From Candidatus Bathyarchaeota archaeon (GTDB lineage Archaea > Thermoproteota > Bathyarchaeia > 40CM-2-53-6): DNA of 64,000 nt. Location of the stretch: positions 128,001-192,000 of the forward strand of contig CAVPLU010000004.1 of the NCBI GenBank assembly GCA_963706285.1. The letters run 5' to 3'. The first letter of the stretch is position 1, and each line of letters begins with the position of its first letter. Shown here in pieces: positions 21,455 to 34,291 of the stretch. The notes beneath the pieces were generated by a model, which was not told the DNA's origin, ran no database searches, and saw only the letters and a program-made list of their open reading frames with translations. The position numbers and the translations under genes are program-made.

Positions 21455-22413
21455 ATGGCAAATCCAAAGGCAGCTTTCTATTGGGCAAGTAGCTGTGGCG
21501 GATGCGAAATCGCCGTGCTCGAACTTGGAAAGAGTCTTGTTGACGTGTCAAAGAAAGTCGACATCGTCTTCTGGCCAGTTGCTCTAGACTTCAAGTACTC
21601 AGACGTCGAAGCGATGCCTGACAAGAGCATCGACGTATGCTTCTTCAACGGTGCCATTCAGAACGTCCGAAAACGAGCACATGGCAAAGCTGCTCAGACA
21701 GAAATCGAAGATCCTCATCGCTTTCGGAGCTTGCGCCAACGGCGGCGGCATACCTGCATTAGCAAACACAACTAGCAAAGATAAGATTTTCACGCGCGTC
21801 TACAAGGAGACTCCAACCATCGACAATCCAAAAGGCACCATTCCAGAGACCAAAGTGCAAGTGAAGGAGGGAGATACTGACGATCCCTGAATTCTACAAC
21901 ACAGTGAGGACGCTCGACCAGACAGTAGACGTTGACTACTATGTTCCCGGCTGTCCCCCTGTGGGAGAACAAGTTGCAGCAGTGATGGGCAACATAGTTG
22001 GTGGAAAGCTTCCGGCGAAAGGCTCCGTCATCGGCGCATCAGACAGATCACTCTGTGACGAGTGCAAACGTGTCAAGGGAGACAGGAAGATCAAGAAGAT
22101 CGTGCGAACCTACGAGATCGTTCCTGACACGGAGAAATGCCTCTTCGATCAAGGAATAATCTGCATGGGGCCTGCCACCCGCGGAGGCTGCGGTGCACAG
22201 TGTCTCAGCGCTAACATGCCATGCCGGGGCTGCTACGGACCTGTTCCAGGTGTGCTCGATCAAGGCGCAAAGATGCTGTCCGCTTTGTCATCGAACTTCG
22301 ATTCTGAGAATGAGGAAGAGATTGAACGGATCGCAAGCGGAGTGGTAGATCCAATCGGGACTTTCTACAGGTATGGTTTAGCTCGGTCGCTGTTGAGGAG
22401 GGCAAAAGTATGA
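21455..22413 (+). CDS. mvhG: MvhG (two indels, near 21659 and 21875)
   Basis: [29 protein letters not shown] across three ORF pieces. Confidence 0.9.
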
Positions 22414-23873
22414 AAACTATCAGTATAGACCCGGTCACGAGACTTGAAGGACACGGGAAGATTGAGATCTTTCTCAACGACGCAGGAAATGTTGAGAACG
22501 CCTACTTCCAAGTTCCTGAACTGAGGGGATTTGAGAAGTTCTGCGAAGGCAGACCAGTTGAAGAAATGCCTGACATCACAAGCAGAATCTGCGGCGTCTG
22601 TCCCTGAAGCCCATCATCTAGCTGCCACGAAAGCGCTGGATGCGGTCTTTCACGTCGACCCCCCATCTCCCGCCAAGAAGCTAAGAGAACTACTGTACAG
22701 CGCCTTCTACGTGGCCGATCACACAACTCACTTCTACATACTCGCCGGACCAGACTTTGTCATGGGCCCCAATGCTCCCAAAGCGGAGCGAAACATACTC
22801 GGCGTAATAGGAAAGGTCGGACTTGATGTCGGCTCTTCCGTGATTAAACATCGTTCAGACGCACTTGATGTTGTCGGCATGATCGGTGGAAGGAGAATTC
22901 ATCCAACATGCGGAGTGCCCGGCGGAGTCAGCAGACCCATCACTGAAGAGGAAAGAGCAAAGATCGAGGAAATCGCAAAATCAGAGATCGAGTTCGCAAA
23001 GTTCACCTTGAAGCTCTTCGAAGATGTCGTCTTAGAAGAACAAGGACTATGTGAATCTCATAAAGAGCGACTTCTACACGACCCCCACATACTACATGGG
23101 CCTCGTCGACGACCAGAACCGAGTCAACTTCTACGACGGCAAAGTCAGAGTGGTTGACCCTGAAGGAAAAGAGTTCGCAAAGTACAATCCCGCCGAATAT
23201 CAGCAACATCTCGCCGAGCATGTCGAACCGTGGACATACCTGAAGTATCCGTACCTGAAGAAAGTCGGATGGAAAGGACTCGTCGGCGGAAAAGACAGCG
23301 GCGTATACAGAGCCACACCGCTCTCACGACTCAACGCGGCCGACGGAATGGCAACACCTCTCGCACAAGTCGAATACAAGAAAATGTATGAGACGTCTAG
23401 GCGGCAAACCCATTCACGCAACACTCGCAACGCACTGGGCTCGTCTGATAGAGCTCCTCTACGCCGCCGAGCGGATGCATGAACTTAGCCGAGATCCAGA
23501 AATCACAAGCCAGAACGTTCGCACGATTCCCACCGCAACCCCAGACGAAGGCGTTGGAATTGTTGAAGCTCCCCGAGGAACATTGACACATCACTACAAG
23601 ACTGACGAGAAGGGACTCGTGAAGAATGTCAACCTGATCGTGGGCACAACAAACAATCACGCCGCGATAAGCATGTCCATCAAACAGGCAGCACAGGGAC
23701 TGATCAAGAACGGCCAAGTCTCGGAAGGTCTGCTGAACATGGTGGAGATGGCTTTCAGAGCATACGACCCATGCTACGGCTGCGCCACACACACTCTTCC
23801 AGGACAGATGCCTCTCGAGGTCAACATCTACAACAAGGAAAGAGCACTACTGCGAAGACTACGAAATCCATAG
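22410..23873 (+). CDS. mvhA: MvhA (three indels)
   Basis: [29 protein letters not shown] across four ORF pieces. Confidence 0.9.
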
Positions 23874-23938
23874 ACATATCCCACGACTTGCTAGGCCCTG
23901 AAGAGGCCTTCCGAAGCCAGCTCAGGGACTGGATCGAA

Positions 23939-24433
23939 GTGAAGAGACTCGTCCTCGGCATCGGAAACCCGATAATGGGAGACGACGGCGTAGGCATCTA
24001 CGTCGCAAGGATGGTAAGCAATAAGGTTCAATCCCGAGCCGATCTACAGGTCAAGGAACTCGGCGCCAGCGGTCTCAAGCTGGTCGAGGAGATACTCGGA
24101 TACGATGAAGTTGTAATCGTTGACTCCTACGCGGCTGAGAACGCTGAGACAGGCAAGATACGAGAATTCGGCCCCGAAGACTTCGAAGACACATTGCATG
24201 CTTCATCTCCCCATGGAGCGAACTTCGCCACTGCGCTCGAACTATACAAGAACTTCCAGCCCGATCGAATACCCAAGAGTATCCGGATCTTTACGGTTGG
24301 TATCCAACCAACAGACTCATTTGGAGAGACTCTAAGCGACCGCGTCCAAGAAGCCGCAGTGAAGCTTACTGAGATAATTGTCACTTGGATTCAGCAGAGC
24401 GATCAGAATGATGCAGAACTCACCAGACCGTGA
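23939..24433 (+). CDS. Hydrogenase maturation protease
   Basis: LGIGNPIMGDDGVG, VIVDS, SPH motifs. Confidence 0.92.
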   Translation: MKRLVLGIGNPIMGDDGVGIYVARMVSNKVQSRADLQVKELGASGLKLVEEILGYDEVVIVDSYAAENAETGKIREFGPEDFEDTLHASSPHGANFATALELYKNFQPDRIPKSIRIFTVGIQPTDSFGETLSDRVQEAAVKLTEIIVTWIQQSDQNDAELTRP

Positions 24434-24467
24434 TCAAAGGCATCGGACTTAAGCTAGTCAGTTTGTT

Positions 24468-25040
24468 CTATGCTTTGACAACGATCGTTTTTGCGAGCAT
24501 GTCGCCTAAGCGTTGTCTCTTATCTGTGGCTGCTATCAAGATGATTCCGAGTAGATATAGGAACGGTAGATGGTCGACTATTCTGAGAATGTTCCTGACC
24601 AGAGCGGAACCGAGATCGCATCTTGAACCATCTTCCTTGACCACTCTGATGTGAATGAGTCTCTTGCCTAATGTCTGACCAGAGGTACCCTCGAAGTAAG
24701 TGAAGTAGATTAACCAGAGGATCCACATGACTCCCACTATTCCAAGAATTCCGCCGACCCAGGCCGGCCCGAACGTTCCCGTCATTCTAGCTCCGGTCAT
24801 AACCCACGGTACGAGCAAGAAGATGGACAGTATCCCTGCCACAATGCCGATTATGATGTAGTCTATGATTCCTGCAACTATCCGCGATCCCAGGTCACTC
24901 AAAGGGCTGGGCGGATTGTATCCTGAAGGTGTAGGTGCAGATGGCGTGGATGACGCTCCAATTTCTAGTGTTGTGCCACAGTTCGTGCAGAATTTAGCAT
25001 CACTTCGAACTTCCCTACCGCATTTTGGACAGTATGGCAT
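24468..25040 (-). CDS. RDD family membrane protein with N-terminal zinc ribbon
   Basis: CPKCG..CTNCG; RIVAGIID, GQTLGK, QRLGD. Confidence 0.9.
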   Translation of the reverse strand: MPYCPKCGREVRSDAKFCTNCGTTLEIGASSTPSAPTPSGYNPPSPLSDLGSRIVAGIIDYIIIGIVAGILSIFLLVPWVMTGARMTGTFGPAWVGGILGIVGVMWILWLIYFTYFEGTSGQTLGKRLIHIRVVKEDGSRCDLGSALVRNILRIVDHLPFLYLLGIILIAATDKRQRLGDMLAKTIVVKA

Positions 25041-25122
25041 TCTGTATTGCCCTTCGTGGGCGACTGTTTGCAGCAGCTATATCAAGTCATCTTAGATTGT
25101 GGCCCTTTAGCGATAAGAATAG

Positions 25123-26011
25123 TCAGGACTCGCCCACATTCTCCGGCGTTGACTGTTTTCTCAGTAACAGCGAGTTGAGAGCGCCTATCAACGCCTCACA
25201 TGTCGCATGTCGCGCATCTAGGGAATCGTCGGTCTGCATGCCAGCATCAATCTTCTCAATTTCTTTCTGATATTTCGCGATCTGTTCAACAATCTGCAGT
25301 TTTCTTCGCTCGTATTCGTTCCTTAGCTTCTCTTGTTCGGCAGTAAATGATTTCTCAATTCTCTCAAGTTCTTCCTTCGTGGTGCCTAGTTTCCGAGTTG
25401 CTTCAGTCGTCTTCTCTGCCTTGGCTTTCTTTGAGATTCCTCTGAGAAAGCCAGCTCTCATGGCGACTATTCGACTCAGTTCCCCTCGGAGTCTTCCGAG
25501 ATTCTTGACGACAGGTTTGACTGCAAGTTCTCTTTTGCCAGTCATCTCACTAATCTTGGCGGCATATTCCCTATCTGTCTGTGCAAGAAGGCTCCTAGCG
25601 TCGAGAAGTGCGTGGTTGAGTTTGCGAACTGCCTCATGGTTTGACGCTTCTTTGATTCGCTTATCATTCAGAGTCGACTTCGATGTCCGACAGTATGTGT
25701 GAGACTTCGACTTTGAATTGGTCGTCAATTGTGACTGCGGAATTCGCTTGGAAGTCGGAGAGGATGTTTCGAACGCTGAGCAGCCAACGGTCGAAGTGTT
25801 CATGAAATGGAGGAAAGGCAAATCTCTGATCTCCAAGCCGACTTAGACTGTTGAGTGCTCTGCCGGCGACTTCTGCAAGGGTTGTGACGTGTTCCTCTTC
25901 GAGTCGATGCTCCGCCCCAGTTCGCCGCTTCCCAGGCTTGGTCTGAGTTTTGTTCTTTCCTGGTCGTCGACCAAAATCTCTTGGCGTCCGCGCTCGTGGC
26001 TGGAATCCCAT
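25123..26011 (-). CDS. Coiled-coil hypothetical protein (indel near 25670)
   Basis: Two overlapping same-strand ORFs join into a charged helical protein. Confidence 0.6.
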
Positions 26012-26166
26012 GGATCAATTCAAGCATCTCTAGGGTATTTATGAAGAGTCTGCTCCCACGAGACTAGCATCGCTAGGTAGTGTGCCGCTAGCAGACCTGT
26101 TTGGGATGTGACTGGCCAGAAAAGAGAATTCGGTGCTAAGCAGTCCCGAATCATGATCGTCTAATG

Positions 26167-26910
26167 TTAGTATATGCTCTCCTTCGGGAATACTTCGATT
26201 CCGGACGAGTTGATACGGTAAGGCCTGGGCTGCATGTCGATTGCTGTTTCACGCATTTTCTCAACCTGCAATGAGCGAACAATAGATCGGCCTACCTGCA
26301 CTGTCTGCAGGACAATGACTCCATGAGCCAAGTATTCCTCTAGCTGGACAGTTCTCTCCAGTCCAGGGGCTCTCAGCTCCGTTGTGATCATGCATGTTCC
26401 ACCGGTTTCAACGAGCGCCTCGATCAGGTCGAGCACTGCATTTCTTCTCGGCACAATGTCCGGGAACTGAAAAACTAGGGAAGCGATCGGGTCGATGACT
26501 ATTCGCTTTGCACCGATTGCCTTGACTCCAGCTTTGATTCCTTCGATCAGGCTGAGGAGTGAGAAATCCTTCTTACCGATGGTCATCTTTCCTATTTTCA
26601 CTTCCCCAGGAATAGTCCGGATCGGCGATGCGTCGACAAAGGCGAATTTCCGCTCATGCTCAAGTTTGGCTAGATCCCAGCCGAACTTCTCCATCTCCGA
26701 GTAGTAGTGTTGCTTGCTCTCGTCTAGGCTCACGAAGGCTGAGTTCTCACCGTAGTTCTTGATCCCGTTCACCAAGAACTGACTGGCCAAGATGGTCTTT
26801 CCTGCTCCGGGTCCACCCACCAGCAGCACTACTCTCCCTGCGGGTATCCCGCCACCCAATATCTCATCTAGACCCGGAATTCCGGTTAGTGTCCGAGCGG
26901 TCGCTGACAA
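26167..26910 (-). CDS. KaiC-like single-domain RecA-family ATPase
   Basis: TGIPGLDEILGGGIP, GGPGAGKT, RIVID, VEKMR. Confidence 0.92.
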   Translation of the reverse strand: MSATARTLTGIPGLDEILGGGIPAGRVVLLVGGPGAGKTILASQFLVNGIKNYGENSAFVSLDESKQHYYSEMEKFGWDLAKLEHERKFAFVDASPIRTIPGEVKIGKMTIGKKDFSLLSLIEGIKAGVKAIGAKRIVIDPIASLVFQFPDIVPRRNAVLDLIEALVETGGTCMITTELRAPGLERTVQLEEYLAHGVIVLQTVQVGRSIVRSLQVEKMRETAIDMQPRPYRINSSGIEVFPKESIY

Positions 26911-27271
26911 TCAGTAGTCACCGAATCTAAGATAGAATTTGACACCGCTATCAAATATCGCTTTTGCCCACAATTCCACACATTGCACCGTTCTTTGCTA
27001 TTTCGACCAGAATCGTAAGGCGTTAGACACGGAGAATATGCAAGACTGAACGAAGCCAGCGGCATTGGAAGCGACCACTTCTCGTAATCTCTCGCCTTCG
27101 ACTGGGAAGGTCTGGTATGATTAGCAGAATGCCAGTGCAGAGTGCGTTCCTTCAAGATTTGACACTACTGCAAATTCGAAATCAGACTTGCTGGCGAGAA
27201 CGTTTCTAACCCCGCTGGCACGCACTGATGTACGATGATGTTTGATGCTTTGATGGGATGTGGATGCGTCA

Positions 27272-27380
27272 TGGTGGACCGGGCGGGATTTGAACCCGCG
27301 ACCTTCCGCACATTGGAACTGGAGTTTGCCAAGCGGACGATCTTCGGCCCTCGAGGCATACCAGACTGATCTACCGGCCC
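27272..27380 (-). tRNA. tRNA-Ala(GGC) with two introns: 21/22 (27343-27357) and 37/38 (27311-27326)
   Basis: Spliced product GGGCCGG..GATC/GATC..TCCGC-TTGGCAT-GCGGA..TTCAAAT..CCGGTCC-ACCA with G3:U70; relaxed BHB at both introns. Confidence 0.92.
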
Positions 27381-27572
27381 ACGATAATCGCCTAACATCA
27401 ACGATGTACGACCAATCATCATTTGAAGGGTCGTCCGTCTATGCGTCAGCGACGTGTGAGTTGGGTCTGGCCTCGTTAAATGGATTTTGGAAGCCCGAGA
27501 TTATCAGGGAGATTGAGTGATTGGGAAAGTCTTAATTGAAAGCCGAAAGGCCTACAGTCCCATCCCAGCTGT

Positions 27573-27736
27573 GCCGAGGTAGAACCTTCGGGTTCCTTGA
27601 CAGCTCAGCCTGGGAGAGCACCCGATGCCTGTGAGCAGGTGAGGCTGAAGACCGGGCTGACGGCCAGACGGCTGGCCCAATCGAGTGTTCAAAACCGTCG
27701 GGCCAACCGACGGGGAAAATCACTCCCTCGGCACCA
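27573..27736 (+). tRNA. tRNA-Phe(GAA) with four introns: 27581-27601, 27625-27643, 27660-27680, 27694-27719
   Basis: Removing four BHB-delimited inserts gives a 77-nt cloverleaf GCCGAGGTAGCTCAGCCTGGGAGAGCACCCGGCTGAAGACCGGGCTGTCGAGTGTTCAAATCACTCCCTCGGCACCA. Confidence 0.92.
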
Positions 27737-27816
27737 ACTACCCTACTTCCTCGAAGTTGACTCCTAGTCTGCAAAAGATAGATCAATGCCTGCAATAGCA
27801 CTGGAAGCAATCTAGG

Positions 27817-28586
27817 GTGCAAAGAGTGCGCGTCGGTTTCGTACAGATGAATCCACGACTACTTCGAGTAGAGGAGAACGTTGACAAAGCGCTCCGCTTT
27901 CTCGAGAGAAACAAAGCGGACCTAATGGTTCTCCCAGAACTCTTCAACACTGGATACAACTTCTCCAACCGTCGAGAGATCGAGAAGGTGGCCGAAAGGA
28001 TCCCTACCGGCTACACGATGTCAGAAGCTTCTGGACCTGTCGCGTAGTCGAAAGATGACGATCGTTGCAGGCATAGCGGAAAGAAGAGGAACAAGTCTAT
28101 ACAATTCTGCAATTGTAGCCCGTAACGGACGGGCGTCAACCTACCGTAAGGTTCACCTCTTCTTCAGGGAGAAGAAATTCTTCAAACCAGGAAACGAGTT
28201 CAAAGTCTTCGGCGATCTCGGAGTCATGATCTGTTTCGACTGGTTCTTTCCCGAGTCCGCTCGGACTCTGATGCTTAAAGGTGCAAAGATAATTGCTCAC
28301 CCATCGAATCTTGTACTGCCTTTCTGTCCCCATGCGATGAAGACGAGATGTATTGAGAACCGCGTCTTCGCAGTGACCGCGGACAGGATCGGCCGTGAAC
28401 AGCGAACTGAAGTACATAGGACGCTCGGAGATAGTTGACACGAAAGGGCGCATCTTGTACTGTGCTTCATCAAATCGAGAAGAGGTGAGGGTTCGTGAGA
28501 TCGATCTTCGAGAAGCTGCCAACAAGAGGATGACCTCCGTGAACGATATCATTCAGGACAGGAGGCCGGAAGTCTACGTGCGCTAG
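27817..28586 (+). CDS. Carbon-nitrogen hydrolase, nitrilase superfamily (two indels)
   Basis: VLPELF, YRKVHL, MICFDWFFPE catalytic E-K-C motifs. Confidence 0.9.
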
Positions 28587-28712
28587 CTTGGATGGTTCTA
28601 CGGTGATCGACTGTGAAAGTCTGGGCTTCATGCTTGTAAGTACTAGTATGTCTTTCCGTTGGCTTTGAAATAATAGAACGTACCGTATCTTGGGCCTAAT
28701 AACTTTCAGCTG

Positions 28713-29240
28713 GTGATAGCATCGTCATCTGGCAGTGTGCCGAGGGCAAGTGATACTTCAAGGAGAAGGTTTCTGAAGGCTCTCATAGTCTTCTCTGGCG
28801 CCTCGGTGCTTTTTCCTGTTGGGAGGCTGAGTGCGTATCTCCTTGAGAGAAAATCCGGCATAACCTCTTATCCACGCCAGAAGATCGCAAACAACAGCGA
28901 GGTTCCAGCTGGAGAGAGCCTTCTCTTCATTTATCCTCACGAGGATCGATCAGCTGTTCTCATACATTTGGCGTCAGGCGATTTCGTCGCATATGATGCA
29001 GTCTGCACTCACCTGGGTTGCCAGATCCACTTCGATAAGAAACCGATCAAGGGCTGGGAGGACAGAAAGGATAATCTCTTCTGCGCTTGCCATGGAGCTG
29101 TCTTTGATCCCAAGAACGGCAAAGTCTTGGATGGTCCTCCGCCGAGACCCATGCCAAAGATCAAACTTGAGATCGACACGAATGGCGACATCTATGCCAA
29201 CGGCTACGAGAGCGGTCTCCCGCTCTACGGTGAGGAATGA
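28713..29240 (+). CDS. Rieske [2Fe-2S] protein with Tat signal
   Basis: SRRRFLK plus TM; CTHLGC; CACHGAVF; GPPPRP. Confidence 0.93.
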   Translation: MIASSSGSVPRASDTSRRRFLKALIVFSGASVLFPVGRLSAYLLERKSGITSYPRQKIANNSEVPAGESLLFIYPHEDRSAVLIHLASGDFVAYDAVCTHLGCQIHFDKKPIKGWEDRKDNLFCACHGAVFDPKNGKVLDGPPPRPMPKIKLEIDTNGDIYANGYESGLPLYGEE

Positions 29241-29252
29241 GGAGACAAACAC

Positions 29253-29905
29253 TTGTCAAAGCGTTCTCGGTTTGCGCGACTTTGGGATTGGTTTGTAAGC
29301 AGAACCAGAATTGAACCGTTCATCACAAGCCACGTTCCCACGACATGCACTCAGCCCCATATACTGCCTCGGCGGAACAACCTTCCTCCTCTTCGTCGTA
29401 CTCGCGGTTACGGGCGTACTTCTCTCGATGTACTATGTCCCGTCACCCAGTGATGCATTCGACAGCATGATGACAATTACAAAGACAGTGCCCTATGGCT
29501 GGCTAGTCAGGAGCGTTCACTTCTACAGCGCGAACGGAATGCTGATTCTTGCAGTTCTACACATGCTGAGAGTCTACTACACGGGCTCGTACAAGGCTCC
29601 GCGTGAGCTGAACTGGGTTGCAGGCGTCAGCTTGGGTCTGCTGACGCTTGTTCGCTGGATACACGGGATACACGCTCCGGTGGGATCAGGTAGCAGTTGG
29701 TGCCTCAGGGATCGGCAAGGGAATAGCAACATCGATTCCCTATCTCGGGCCGCTATTCGGAAAGATGCTCTGGGGTAGAGGGCCGAGCGATACGCTATCA
29801 CGCTACGCAGGCAGCCATATGCTCCTCATACCTGGCGTAATGATCATCGTCATGGCGATCCACTTCTGGATGGTGAAGAGGCATGGAATCTCAGGCCCAC
29901 TCTGA
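29253..29905 (+). CDS. Cytochrome b6-type N-terminal cytochrome b (two indels)
   Basis: YCLGG, GWLVRSVH, HMLRVYYTGSYKAPRELNW, TGYTLRWDQ, HF..VKRHGISGPL. Confidence 0.9.
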
Positions 29906-30420
29906 ATCTGCGGACTCATCGACGGAAGACGAGATTCCGTTCTTCCCGAATCATCTGCTGAGCGAGATTGCTCTTGCTTTCGCGATACTCGGCTTGATCG
30001 TGATGTTCGCATCGCTTTTTCCAGCGGGGATGGGAGAGAAGTACGATCCGCTGAACCCTCCTGAGGTCCTGGAGCCTGAGTGGTACTTTATGGGCGTCTA
30101 CCAATTTCTAAAAACGCAGGGAGTTCAGCCAATTCACGCGGTTGCTCTACTGTCTGTGCTCGGAATACTTCTTGTTCTAGTGCCCGCTATCGACAGAGGA
30201 ACTCGGCGTGCCCCCAAAGATAGACCGTTTATGATGGCAGCCGCATTAGTTGTTGCCCTAGCAGTTCCTAGTTCTTACGAGCTACGGATATGCCACCCCA
30301 GGAGAGGTCGCATCGTTCTCGAATCCAACATTTCTGGCGATGCTTCTTGTCGTGAATGGAATATCAGTAGCGGCCTTACTACTCGGCGCCTACAAGCAGA
30401 GAAGGATCTCCAGGAGGTGA
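29883..30420 (+). CDS. Cytochrome b subunit IV (indel near 30260; corrected stop at 30420)
   Basis: PFFPNH, PEWYF Qo motif, LVPAIDR...RP. Confidence 0.85.
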
Positions 30421-30428
30421 AGGCTGCC

Positions 30429-30680
30429 TTGCCGAAACATATAGGTGTGTTGTCGATGTTCGCTTTCATAGTCGTATTTGTGATCGCGACTTACGCGATC
30501 TCGCAGCTCACATTGCTAGCCCCTCGCATGCTACAGGCAGCCGCATCGGGACCGGATCTGTTGATAGGTGTCGGATACGCTGCAGTGACTGTGGTTTCGA
30601 TTCTAATTCTTGGTCGCATGATCTACTCGAGCGAGCGCACCGCTGGCAGAGTCAAGCGGAGGATACGATTCTTTGAGTGA
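30429..30680 (+). CDS. Small two-TM protein
   Basis: TTG start after AGGAGGTGA; joined to subunit IV in the ORF track only through the indel. Confidence 0.55.
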   Translation: MPKHIGVLSMFAFIVVFVIATYAISQLTLLAPRMLQAAASGPDLLIGVGYAAVTVVSILILGRMIYSSERTAGRVKRRIRFFE

Positions 30681-30885
30681 GACAACCGGAAGCCGCCCCG
30701 CTTCATTATCGAGGCTGTGGGTTGCTCTGCTGGTAGTGTTCACCCTCATCGAGTTGGCGTTCCTATTCGAAGCCTACATGGCGGGTCTCGCTGGTCTGGA
30801 ACGAGTCTTCGGGATCTTTACCGGCCTTGTATTGGTCACTTTCGGAATCATATTATACGCCGGGAGGTTGATCTTCTATGACTAA
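30673..30885 (+). CDS. Small two-TM protein
   Basis: Hydrophobic 70-aa ORF overlapping both neighbours. Confidence 0.6.
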   Translation: MSETTGSRPASLSRLWVALLVVFTLIELAFLFEAYMAGLAGLERVFGIFTGLVLVTFGIILYAGRLIFYD

Positions 30886-31303
30886 ACGGATCGCACGACT
30901 CTTCGGAAGAGGTGGCGACCTGAATCCCCGGAACATGCGCCTTGGAATCTGGGCGTGGTTGATTCAGCGCGTGTCCGGAATCGTCTTAGTTGTGTTCGTT
31001 GTTGCGCACGTGGTTGCGATTTCTCAGGCAAGTTTCGCGCTTAAGGGCACATTAGTCACGATGCTGGACGGTTTGAGGAACCCGTTCTACTATGTTGACA
31101 GCACTTCTCTTGCTATCGATCTGATCATGCTAGGCATCATTGCGTTCCACGGTATGAATGGAATCCGTATCGTACTATTCGACACAGGTATTGGCGTCGG
31201 CCTCCGTTCGCACAAAGTCATCTTCTGGATCCTAATTGCCATAGCTGTCATCGCAAGTGGTCTCGTGATCTACTACGGTCTTCCGTCGCTCGGAGGAGCC
31301 TAA
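30878..31303 (+). CDS. sdhC: Succinate dehydrogenase membrane anchor C
   Basis: QRVSG..H, FHGMNGIRIVLFD. Confidence 0.88.
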   Translation: MTKRIARLFGRGGDLNPRNMRLGIWAWLIQRVSGIVLVVFVVAHVVAISQASFALKGTLVTMLDGLRNPFYYVDSTSLAIDLIMLGIIAFHGMNGIRIVLFDTGIGVGLRSHKVIFWILIAIAVIASGLVIYYGLPSLGGA

Positions 31304-31305
31304 CC

Positions 31306-31629
31306 GTGAGTGCAAATCCGTCAGCCCCCACGAACGTTTGGCTTTGGCTGTTCCAGAGAGTCACTGCCGTGCTACTGGTCGTCATCCTTGGAGTACATCT
31401 TTGGCTCGCCAATTTCGGACAAGCGTCAGCATCCATTCGTGCGATCCTCGGTGTCACACTTCTCGGACTCGCCCTCTTTCACGGTCTCAACGGCGTGCGG
31501 ACAATAATCTTCGACTTCAGCATAGGCGTTCAAGGCCGCAAGTTTGCAACGATGCTGCTTCTACTTCTTGGCACAGTATCGCTTCTGTTTGGAATGCATG
31601 GCCTCTGGCCGCTGATAATCGGAGGATAA
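31306..31629 (+). CDS. sdhD: Succinate dehydrogenase membrane anchor D
   Basis: WLFQRVTA..H, FHGLNGVRTIIFD. Confidence 0.85.
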   Translation: MSANPSAPTNVWLWLFQRVTAVLLVVILGVHLWLANFGQASASIRAILGVTLLGLALFHGLNGVRTIIFDFSIGVQGRKFATMLLLLLGTVSLLFGMHGLWPLIIGG

Positions 31630-31645
31630 TTGAGGCGCTTGAACT

Positions 31646-34075
<2,430 letters not shown>

Positions 34076-34087
34076 CTGGTCTTCGAT

Positions 34088-34189
34088 TTGAGTTGGTACT
34101 GCCCTAAGTGTAAGACTTCATTCTACGAATATCAACCGAGATGCCCCTACTGTCTTCTGCAATTGAGAAAATCGAAACGATTCGATTAG
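34088..34189 (+). CDS. 33-aa zinc-ribbon microprotein
   Basis: TTG start, WYCPKCKTSFYEYQPRCPYCLLQLRK; below the ORF-track cutoff. Confidence 0.55.
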   Translation: MSWYCPKCKTSFYEYQPRCPYCLLQLRKSKRFD

Positions 34190-34291
34190 CACACAAAAGT
34201 GATGTGTTGCGACGCATGCTGTATCAAGCTGGCAAAGCTGCAAACATGGACCGTAAGGCTTTAGCTATCAGAAGTGCTTCTGTGGACGCGT

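Noticed and set aside
22590-22610. TGA after RICGVCP in mvhA as selenocysteine
   Set aside because: An extra C shifts the frame; the corrected text is CPEAHH and all Ni ligands are Cys.
27227-27266. Clustered GATG words downstream of tRNA-Ala as a repeat array
   Set aside because: Irregular spacing and very short; no CRISPR-like structure here or elsewhere in the window.
29883-30680. 265-aa extended subunit IV fusion
   Set aside because: Produced by an indel near 30260; the corrected frame stops at 30420 and an SD-led gene follows.
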